Origin: Macrostomum lignano
Taxonomy: Eukaryota
Direction: 5' to 3'
Length of the DNA: 64,000 nucleotides
NCBI GenBank assembly: GCA_002269645.1
Contig: NIVC01000822.1
Span: forward strand, 248,001 to 312,000
The translations under genes were made by a program, and so were the position numbers. The notes beneath the pieces were generated by a model that worked only from the letters and a program-made list of their open reading frames with translations, was not told where the DNA came from and did no database searches. Positions 25,180-35,218 of the stretch are shown piece after piece (within the stretch, counting starts at the first letter, position 1; every line of letters begins with the position of its first letter).

Positions 25180-25575
25180 ATGGCCATCTAAAAGGATTGC
25201 TCACAATTACTATTAAGACGAAATAGTATGCACACTGTCAATCCCTGGGGTTGGGTGTTGCAGCTGCTCAATCGTGATAAATAAATAAAATGCACACTGT
25301 CAACTTACACGCATGTGTAAATACAGAAAAATATATCCTTTCTATCGGATTGTCATTGAATAACAAGTTATCGATGTAAAAGCACAAGTGTGTGTGTGTG
25401 TGTGCGTTTGTGCGTGATCTATGATACGCATTCTCGAGCAGAACATCGCAGCTTGTACGTCTATGTTAAAAAAGTACATGTGCCACTTAGGCGTCTATGA
25501 CGCATACAGGTAAGCCTAAGCGGTTGGGATTAAAGCCCGAAAAATAATTCACGCTTCAAATCAAAGTCAAAACTA

Positions 25576-25668
25576 AATCTTTCTTCATCTACAGCAGCCA
25601 ACGCGTGTCAACAATAAAGATAATCTTTCTTCATCTACAGCAGCCACCGCGTGTCAACAATAAAGATA
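25576..25668. repeat. 46-bp tandem duplication upstream of the RPA-like gene
   Basis: AATCTTTCTTCATCTACAGCAGCCA(A/C)CGCGTGTCAACAATAAAGAT at 25576 and 25622. Confidence 0.9.
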
Positions 25669-25723
25669 AGTGCATTACTATTTGTCAATTAAATCAATTA
25701 TAAACTGTGCTAATCAAATTATA

Positions 25724-26823
25724 ATGGAAGGTTCCTGCACAGTGCCCAATCAGCAGAGGCTGAACATCGCTGCGCTGGTGTCCGGCATGATGAAGGGCGC
25801 AATAATCGGATTGGTGTCAATGCTAACGGACATCAGAAATTATTCAAACGCAAAGGGAACTGGCCAAGTGTTCTCCTTTAATCTTGCAGACGAAGACAGC
25901 GAGATTCGGGTAAGCGTGTTCGGAACAAATTTGAGAACACACCATTACTTGTGCAAAAACGCTACGGCCGTGCGCGTATCTAGTGGTTGGTTGAAAGCCT
26001 CAAATTCTATGTACAACTCAACCGACAACGAGCTCGAAATGACTCTGTCAGTGGATAAAGATGGAGTCCTTGTTGCTAGCAACGAAATTGTCCAGCAGCG
26101 CAAAGCCCAGTACATAAAAATTGGCGTTCTCTCAACCTTTACACTGAGAAAGTAAGTTAAAGTCGTACTCGTACCATTCATTCTAAGCAACATTCGTTTT
26201 GGATGTGATTAACAATTAATGGCAAAATTCTTCAATGGTCATGTAGGAAGGTTGACATTCGAGGCGTCATTTCCAGTACTATGGCGCAAAGGGAAATCCA
26301 AACAAAACGAGGAACTACCACTAACTTGGCCAAGGTGACACTGGTCGATGACTCGGCATCGTCTGTCTCCTGCACATTCTGGGCCGACAGTGCAAGTCTG
26401 GTGAATCACTGGACTGTGGGCGACACCCTAGAGGTTCAAGGAGCCCAAGTGCAAGAATATGGCAATGATATTTCGCTAAATTGTACCAGGGCCAATGTTC
26501 GCCAATATCCTGCCAATGACTCTGACTTGACGGAGTGGTTTGAAAGGGCTCAGTCGAGTCAGCAAATCTTTGAGCCAGTCCAAAAGACCCAATCGACTGC
26601 GAGACCGCCTGATAACCAGGAAGTTCGGAGGGACACATTTGTGTTCCAGTGCTCTCCTGAAATGTTCGCATCATTCCGCAATGTACAAATAATGCAAGTA
26701 CGCTGCGGAGACGACGAAATTATTTTTTCGCGAGACAAACGCGGAGGCGACGTGTCACTGGGCCAAATGGAGTCTACTCCAATCGCTGGACCGTCGCATT
26801 CTACTATCAATGAGGACGATTAA
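25724..26823 (+). CDS. Helitron-encoded RPA70-like ssDNA-binding protein (two OB folds), 2 exons, 334 aa, uninterrupted
   Basis: Exons 25724-26151 and 26247-26823 (GTAAGT...TAG), in frame. OB1: GQVFSFNLADEDSEIRVSVFG...KASNSMYNSTDNELEMTL. OB2: VDIRGVI...REIQTKRG...KVTLVDDSASSVSCTFWADSA. Confidence 0.85.
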
Positions 26824-28033
26824 AAAGAATTGTCATTGATAAAGCAACACAGTCAATCTCTGGTGTTGGGTGTTGCAGCTGCTAAGTTTAATAACAATAA
26901 AGTGCACACTGTCAATCTCCGGGGTTGGGTGTTGCAGAAGCAGCAATGTTATTCTGATAATAATTCTGATTGATTGTTGATACTAAAAAAATAATACAAT
27001 AAACGCTGTATGCATCTGATTCAGTAAAAAATAAGAGAATAATACAAAAAAAATAACTATTGTTTTCAAATAAATAATATAATCAATTCATTGCTCTGAA
27101 CCTGAGCATCTCCCCGAAGGGAGGCTAAAATTGCTATAATTGTCTATAGCCAACATTCTCCTTCTTACTTTTCGATCCTCTATTCTGTAATGGAGATAGC
27201 TTGAGTTCTTTCTTTCTGTGGTGTATTGTAGTGTAATAAAATATTAATGACTAAATGAATGAGACCTATGAATAAGAATGAATATAAAAATTGATTTATG
27301 AATATTCATATTGAATTATTGAGATATTGAATTATAGATACGGTGAATAAGAGAGATTATTATGAATATTAGTTAATCAATTGCGATAAATAACTGTACT
27401 AAATACTCTCCCCGAAGGGGGGTCAACTATTGCTAGTATTGTACTATTATCGACTTTGAAGCAAGAATGCTAACTATGAAGCAAGGAACTAGAATTCCAC
27501 TTCGATCAACCAGAGCTAAGCCTCGAGTTAAAGGAATCTATGTGGCAGAAAAGACGACAGTTTCAGCTAATAGTTTAGTCAAGGTTAACTATTACTTACT
27601 TAAGGTTTACTTACTTAAGGTTTACAGTTAACTTAAGGTTTAGTTAAGGTTAGATTAGCCACGGAGAGTGAAACTAATTTCAGAGTGCCGTCAGTTGTTG
27701 AGCCATTCAGATCAGGATTAAAAACTAGAGCAGAGTAAGTAACTGTAGAGCCAAGTTTAGTAACTCTTAGGCAAGGAGAAGCTTATGTAGAAGTGATTAA
27801 CACGAGTTCACAGGAAGCTAGAGTTCCAGCATCAGCGTTAGTAGGGATGGCTAAGCCACTCTTGACCAGGGAATTAAACTATCGTAAGGAGCAACCCGAA
27901 ACAGCGCAGTCGTGCCAGAATAGGGACACGCAGTTTTGCGAAAACATCAGATAGGTGCAAGAAAAATTAGAAGACTGGATTAGTGACATTAACATAGGAA
28001 ATAAACTGACTCAGGAGCAAAGACAGAAGGTGA

Positions 28034-29223
28034 TGTAGTGTGAGCATCTTTGCGTGTATTTTGTTGTAAATTGACTGCATTAGTTTCTATATTGTTATTG
28101 AATTATTATTTTGCTTTAGTTTAGTCATGCGTTTTTTTGTGTACTTTTTCTAGTTGGTTGAAATCTAAAATTGTAAACAGGTTAGAGTTAGACGCCAAAT
28201 TTGTGACTCAGCGGAGGGTTGAGTTTGTCTGCGAACCCCAGCTTTGCGCGGCCAGCCAATCAGAACCGGCCTGGACCCTGGCACGCGGCAAGTTTCAATT
28301 CTACCCGGCGCCGCGGGCACAGTGCAATTCGGCTTAAGCAAGCGGCCGGCCAGACGACCACCACCCGGCTTGAGGGGGTTTTGAGGGGTTGCGACTCTGA
28401 CTATAAATGAAAGTGTATTTGGCAATCGGATCTCGCCTTCCTTCTCCCTCTCTTTCCCCGGTCTTGTTTTGCTTCCCGGCCGGTGGCCCGATTTTCTCCT
28501 CTTGTTGGTTCGCGCTTTGAGGCGCCTGAATTCATCACCCCGGTCCGTATCTTTGTTCCCACCCAACCGCAGTAGTCTTGTGGCGTAACGTCTACGGCAA
28601 ATTCCTGTCTGAAGTCGTCGCTATCAAGCGCGGTTAGATAGAGACTGTCGGATCTGATCAAGTACGCGGCCTCGACCCCGAGGGCCTCAGTGTTACACTG
28701 AAGGGCAGTGCCGATAGAACTTAGTCGGTACTCCGTTGAACGGTCGATTCGGCAGGGCTCTCGTTTGAGAGTAGGTTCTGGTTTAGGCCAGGGGTTAGGA
28801 GTCTTCTCCGTGGTCGTGTTCGGTTCTTCCTCTTCTTCTCAGCTGAGATCCGCTTGCCAGTTGCGTAATCTAATTATTATTATTAACCGTTATTGTCGTT
28901 TTGTCAACTCTAGTTATCTGCGCCGCTTCAAATTTGAATCTTGTAACTATTGAATGTGTCAAATTAAACCGTCAAGTCAATTGTTTATTAGCTATTCTTA
29001 TAGGATTATCACTCTCTAAATCTTTCGGTTTGTGTTTCCTCGTGTTCTTTCTTTTCTTGTACTGTACCTGCGGCTATTGGAGAAAGACTGGTAGGACTCG
29101 CCGACCGGCGATAGGCGATTAGGATTAATAGCTTTAAAATCTTCGAACGCTCCAAGTAGGTTTGTCTAGGGCCTAAATAATTGCTTACCGTGCATGCTAT
29201 TATCTAATTGCCTATTTATTACA
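28034..29223 (+). mobile_element. Solo LTR (1190 bp) inserted in Gypsy pol
   Basis: TGTAG...TTACA termini and 4-bp TSD GTGA (28030-28033, 29224-29227). Removal joins KLTQEQRQKV to IEVVNEHSAAFS. TATA-like CTATAAAT at about 28402. Confidence 0.9.
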
Positions 29224-30177
29224 GTGATCGAGGTTGTCAACGAACATTCAGCAGCTTTCTCACAGCACGAGTTAGACTTAGGCAGAACGCATTTAGTCAC
29301 TTATGAGATAATCTTGAAGGAAAACAACCCAGTTCAGATACTAGCTAGGAAAATTACACCTCATCGGATCAAGGAGGTAGATGAGCAGTTAGAGGCTCAT
29401 GTTGGCTAGAGGCATCATTAGGCCTAGTTACTCGCAGTACTCGACTCCATTAGTCATAGTACCTAAGAAGGATGGTTCGCTGAGACTAGTTAACGACCAT
29501 CGAGCACTAAATAACAAATCGGAGTACTTTCCGCATCCTATAACTAATATAAATGAAACATTCTCGTGCCTCCACAAAGCCACTTAATTATCTACGTTAG
29601 ATCTACTTTCGGGATATTATCAGATAGCTCTTTGGGAAGAAGATAAGTGCAAGACTAGCTTTCCAACTTTACATCGAGGTTCGTTTGAGTACGAAGTGTT
29701 ACCAATGGGTTTGCAAGGAGCTCCAGGAACTTTTCAAAGGTGCATAAACTTGGTTCTCAAGGACGTTGCACAAAAGTTCGCCATAGCTTACTTAGATGAT
29801 GTAATAGTTCATAGTAGACTTTGAATCTCACTTAGAACACCTGAAAGAAGTGCTCGAAAGACTAATCCAAACTAATATGAAAATAAAAGCTAAGAAATGT
29901 CACCTTTTCAAATCTGAATTACAATATATAGGACACGTCATAGGCAAATCAGGAATTAAGAGAGATGCGACAAAATTAGAAGCAATCAGGAACTGACCGA
30001 AACCTAAATCTGCGACAGAGCTTCAAAGTTTTCTCGGACTCTGCAATTACTATCGAAAATTCGTTAGTGATTTTGCTGAGGTAGCAGCGCCACTGTGAGA
30101 TAACGAAGAAGAACATCAAATGTATCCAGGACAAATGGACCAGGATTCATGATGAATGCTTCGAGTTATTGAAGGAA

Positions 30178-30618
30178 TGTAAGCACTGGAATTGTGCTTA
30201 CATCGAAGCGAAAAAACAACGGCCTCCTCTCGTCTCGACCGGTTCTATCCAGCCAGACCAGCTCTACACTAAAGGGCAGATAACAAAGTTGAGGTTCGAA
30301 GGCCAAGTCAGCAGCCTGCGAACGCGTGACACAGTAGACTTGCAACAATGCTTTGGGGGGGGGGGGTGATATGGTTGCCTAACAACGGGACAGAGAAAAA
30401 CTGCTCGAGCGATAACCCTGCCCCGCTCAAACTATGCATTGCTCTTCATTTTGTCAACTAAATGAAATTTTGTCAACTTGCTTGACTATAAAATACACTG
30501 CCTTGAATAATTTTCGGTACAGAGAGAGATTCAGAGATGTGAGCCTCACACTCATAACAGGGCGCTCAGAGGCCAGGTGTGTTCGAAAGTCTTTCTGAAT
30601 AGTGAGCAGAAGATAACA
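30178..30618 (+). mobile_element. Solo LTR (441 bp) inserted between Gypsy RT and RNase H
   Basis: TGTAA...TAACA termini and 4-bp TSD GGAA (30174-30177, 30619-30622). The pol reading (CFELLKE...KLMCSEEVLAY) continues across it. Confidence 0.85.
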
Positions 30619-32989
30619 GGAATAAAAACTGTTATAAGGATAAAAACTGATGTGTTCCGAAGAAGTGCTTGCTTACCTAGAGTTTAATACAGACCCCCAA
30701 GTTTATTTTGTGTTAGACACTGATGCATCAGATGTCAGAATTGGGGCGGTCTTGAATCAAGTGCAGAGCGACGGAGTCGAGAGACCGATCGCGTATTTTA
30801 GTCGGAATATGAGACAGTCAGAGACTAGGTATCCGATTACGAGGAAGGAGCTTCTAGAGATTGTTGACTAGCTAAAGTACTTCAGGTTTTACCTCGTAGG
30901 TAAACGTTTTAAGGTGCGCACTAATCACAACGCCTTAACCTGGTTGCTTCGCCAAACCGAACAGAGGCATTTTAGGTCATTGGATCGAGACTTAGTGAAT
31001 TGTATTTTAAGATTGAGCATAGAAGTGGCCCTAAACATTTAGATGCCGATGCTCTATCCAGGATCCCGGATCTTCAACAGGATGAGACATTCCCACATGC
31101 CAGGTCGCTAAGCTGTAGGGCAACTGTGAACACAGACCCAGTTTCAGCTGTTACTGTGAACTCAGGCAATTCCGCGCAAGCCGAAACCTGCAGTCTGCAC
31201 AGTGGGGTTATGTCATGCTGTTCGCCACTGAATATTGCGCCGAACCGACACAATACTCAGAGTTTTAGTAGCAGGTTGCTAAGTAGAAAGCAAGAACAGG
31301 AACCAAGGAAAGGGCACCCGCTTGTTTGCAATGCACTGCTGAGTGATTACCTTTGAAGCCCAGTGCGTCGTGAAAATTTGGACACAGCTCATAGCTGACC
31401 CCGCACTAAGCTATGTTAGGAATATGATTGAGTCTGACTTGCGGAAACCGAATTTTCAAGAAAAACTAGAATTGTCTCACGGGATCAGAAATCTGCTAGG
31501 TTACTTTGAACTCCTCAGGATAGAAAACGGTGTTCTCAAAATAGACTTAAATTTAGGGCGGACCTAATCTAAAGTGGTGTTGCCTAAGTCTTTGGATGGT
31601 GAAGTCTTTCACGAATTCCGCGATTCACCGTTAGAAGGTCACTTAGGTAGAGACAAAACTTATCAGCGAATTAAGAAAAGATTTTGGAGAGTAAGTTTAG
31701 CTACAGCAGTCGAAAACGTCGCCAAGTGCAAATCCTGTTTAGAAAGTAAGTCAAGGAAGCGATGCAAGGCACCAGTACAGAAATTTAATATTGTCGAAAG
31801 CCTTAACATCGATTTGATTGGTCTGAACAGACTATCAAATCGGGTAACAAGTACGTCTTGTCAGTTATTGACAGCACTGGCAAATTTCCATTTACGTTTG
31901 AAATAAAAAGTCAAAAGGCTAAGACGGTAATCAAAACTCTACAGAAGCGAGTTTTCGCAGACTTCGGGATACCTCAGTGGATTTAAACAGATCAAGGAAC
32001 TCAATTTACAGGGAGAGCATTCAGGAAATTTCTAGACATCTATGGGATTAGACACAAGGACAACGAGCTATCATCTATAAAGCAATAGGCTAGTAGAAAA
32101 TTTAAATAAACAAATTAAGTCAATTCTCACGCGTCTGCTCAATAAAGAACAGGCGAACTGGGATGTTTTACTGCCCGGTTGTATCACCGCATTACGCACC
32201 AGTACGAACACAGCCACAGGTTTCAGCCCGCATTATCTTGTTTGGAAGAGAGGCTTAAATGCCGAGTGGCAACGTATTCCAGCAGCCAAAGGCGTTCGCC
32301 GATCTGCCTGCTTATGTTCAAGAGCACTTAACTGACCTGCAAGAGGGCCAAGAACTCGCCAAAGAGCGGCTTAAGTTAATACAACGTAAGCGTGAGCAAC
32401 ACTACTCTAACAAACCAAAGCAACCATACTTACGTATAGGGAGCTTAGTATTAAACAAAAGTACTAAGGCTAGAAAAGAGGAATTAGTTATGCATATGGA
32501 CAATTTACTACCAGTACCAACAGCCCATTACGTCAGTGAGGAAGAAAAGCCGAAAGCAGTTGTGCCAGGCTAGTTGAGAAAATATACCGCTTAATTCTAC
32601 GTACGAGTGAGAGTAAGTAAGAGTGAGCAGGAAGAAAAAGTGCAGTTTGTGCCAGTGCAGAATCAGAATAATGTTCCAGTGCCAGTGCAGGTTATGCCAG
32701 TGCAAGTTATGCCAGTACAGGAAGATAATCTAACAGCTCGAAATAATAATAAACAGCCAGCCTGAGAAGTTAGACCAGTTCGAGACAGACGGGAGCCGGA
32801 TAGACTAGTCATAAACCCAGGTCAGAAAACCTATGTGCAGAGAGTAAAGGAGTTGTTTAACCCCTATCTACTCTTCCAGCTCGAATAACATCATAGCTAA
32901 CGCCCCAGAGCGCGTTTACCCAAATACAGTAAATTTACTCTGGGAAGAGAAGAGCTAACAACACCGACGAGAATGAGCCGCCGTTAAGA

Positions 32990-33541
32990 GTGCGCTCGGT
33001 GAGAGTAGAAGAACAGGCGGACGAGCCTGAGAAGATCCGTCAAATGGAGCCGATAGAGGAAGAAGGAAATCTAGTTGTAGATTTAGGAAGTGTGGATTTA
33101 GAGGACGCGACAACGAAGCATGAGGAGATTAAAAAAGAGCACGACGAGTTCTTGAAAATGTTATTGGACGTTGAGTTTCCAGACATCGAAGTCTTGAGCC
33201 CAGCTGTTGAGGCTCCAGTGGCACAGGATCGTCCAGGCAAGGATCCGAAGGAGCGGGAGCCGGCTCCGGCGACTAATGAGCCTATCCTGGAAGTCACCAG
33301 GCTCTTCCAGGCCCACTCACCGCGGCCGAGCAATCCGAGAACAATAGCAGTCATCAGGTGCCAGCCAGAAGGAATTCCGGAAATGCACCAAGGCGCTCAA
33401 GTGGTTGCTGCGCACCGCCAACACGGGCCTGTACGACCCGATGGTGCCGACGGAATGCACCAGGTTCCTAGCCAAGGCCACTGCCGCAGAGCGCGTACAG
33501 AGCATGGAGGTGGCGTGTACCTAAGCGCTGCAGTATGCTGA
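32990..33541 (+). CDS. Uncharacterised acidic ORF downstream of Gypsy pol (possible accessory ORF, probably frameshifted at its 3' end)
   Basis: 183-aa ORF in the track, E/D-rich N-terminal half, about 100 nt after the pol stop. No recognisable domain. Confidence 0.35.
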   Translation: MRSVRVEEQADEPEKIRQMEPIEEEGNLVVDLGSVDLEDATTKHEEIKKEHDEFLKMLLDVEFPDIEVLSPAVEAPVAQDRPGKDPKEREPAPATNEPILEVTRLFQAHSPRPSNPRTIAVIRCQPEGIPEMHQGAQVVAAHRQHGPVRPDGADGMHQVPSQGHCRRARTEHGGGVYLSAAVC

Positions 33542-33662
33542 AGAGCGGTCTAGAGGCCTAATGTCGCCATTCCAGGTGAGTGAGCACCTGCGAGATATAG
33601 GAAGAAAGGACTCCGGTCACTAGACTTTAATACCAATGTGCGCAGCGTGCACCTAGGGCAGC

Positions 33663-34673
33663 TGTTATAATCAAATTAGGGGACGCTTAATGCAGCAATG
33701 CTCCCATTTTTTCACACAACTATAAAGCTTTAATTTTTTAGATATTGCCTGCATTTTACACAGTGCAATGAGCCTATTTATATTTTTTTACCTTGCCAAT
33801 CAATTGCACTGCCTTTATTAAGAATTTTTCTGCTGCTTTCAACATATTTACCGCAATTAGTATGCAATGCTCATTATAAGACTTAGAAATCTGAAACGAA
33901 TTCAAGAGAGCTCTAGGATAAAATCAGGCAGAAAATAGCAACAGTAGAGAGGGCAAGCAACTGAAAGCAGAGAGGTTAGATGAGGACACGCCCGGAGCTC
34001 ACCCTTTCATTACAGCGCGAACGCGGCCCGGACCGACAGCAAAACTGGAACTGGTTGGAACCGGCCCGCGGGGGAGACTGATGAGGAGTTGACCTGGACC
34101 CCGCCCGGAGACGAAAGCCGGAGAAGGCCGGGACCGCACAAGAAGACTGGATCGATGAAGGGGAAAGGGATAACGAACAGTAGGAAAGAGATCTCGGTAG
34201 AAGCGCGAACAATTAGTTATGACTGTGCTAAAGCTGAGGCTGTGACCTCGTTCAGGACAAATCCTCTTGCTTGCCGTTGCTAAGTTTTTCATCCCCTCGG
34301 TTTCGAGAATATTATATAAGTCGGAGCGGAGCGCGGAAAAACGCGACCCCGCGGTTTTGCTAGAGAGTTAGCTTGGAGCTCCGTTAGGTTAACCTACCAG
34401 ATAAACATACTGTGTTCGAGTTCTTTCTTGGTCTGATATCCGATCACCGAGGTGAGGATCGAGGAGGGAATTATAGCCGCCAGCCGGGAAACTGAGTATC
34501 GATAGTCGTCAGTAGTTATAGCCTTCAAGTCGACGGACTGCCACAAAACCGCTAGACTACCTTTAGGAAAACATAAAGCTGAAGACACATAGAGAAGCCA
34601 GATACGAACGACCCGTGAAGAGCTATACTCATTATTAATCAATTAAGCCAACATTATTACTGCAATACCTACA
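33663..34673 (+). repeat. LTR-like segment, boundaries uncertain
   Basis: Starts TGTTA and could end ...CTACA. TATATAA at about 34313. No TSD and no matching partner found. Confidence 0.3.
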
Positions 34674-35218
34674 TTAGCTCTTAAACCTACATTCTAGCCC
34701 AGACATAAGCGACATTGAAATTCCGCTTGAACAGCAGCTGTCGCTATCTGCATCGAGCGATTCATTCGGGGCCGAAATCACTTCCTCGCCTTGACCGGAG
34801 GGCCGAGTTGCCACCAGGCCGGCGCCCTTATCGGCCACTCCTCCGGTTGCGGCACCCACCGGCGTCGTCCGGCGCACATTGCTAAAGAAAGATACGAAAT
34901 ACGAGCTAACGAGCTAAAGATAGATGCAAGCCACTATCGGACCCCGGACAGAGCCTACACCAAGAAAGACGACATAACTGGAAAAACCAACAACCAGAGG
35001 ACGGGATAGACCCTCTGCAGGCGCGCCGAGAAGTCGCTTCGGGCAGAGAACGGCCAACTGGCGCCCCGAAGGAAGGCCGCACGTCCAGCAGAGGCTGGGA
35101 GAGAGAAGTAGATCCCCTCGATGTGACAGCGTGGGCCACGCCGCAGAGCGTCACTCTAAGGGCCATGATCGAGTCGGAACGCCGGGCTATCATCAACGAG
35201 GCGTTCATCAAAGCTTGA

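Larger units (their letters stand above)
19129..27436 (+). mobile_element. Autonomous-type Helitron, 8308 bp, two genes
   Basis: 5' TC (TCTAATATACTAAAG followed by a GTTT microsatellite). 3' hairpin CCCC-GAA-GGGG (27410-27420) then CTAG (27433-27436). Inserted between host A and T with no TSD; removing it restores the Gypsy protease frame. Confidence 0.96.
27437..32890 (+). pseudogene. pol: Gypsy pol remainder: RT, RNase H and integrase, with many stops and frameshifts; split by two solo LTRs
   Basis: RT: IVPKKDGSLRLVNDHRALN, DLLSGYYQI, LPMGLQGAPGTFQR, YLDD (29789-29800). RNase H: LDTDASDVRIGAVL...PIAYFSR...KELL. Integrase: HHCC-like GHLGRDKTYQRI...CKSC and core FGIPQWI*TDQGTQF. Confidence 0.93.
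11155..33600 (+). mobile_element. Degenerate Ty3/Gypsy LTR retrotransposon interrupted by nested P, Sola2, Helitron and two solo-LTR insertions
   Basis: Leu-tRNA-type PBS candidates at 11155 (TGGTGTTAG) and about 11254 (TGGTGGCAGC). Gag, protease, RT, RNase H and integrase occur in Gypsy order, and the reading rejoins across the insertions (e.g. GVTFVQK|YCTIIDFEARML). Its own LTR pair was not found, so the boundaries are approximate. Confidence 0.85.
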
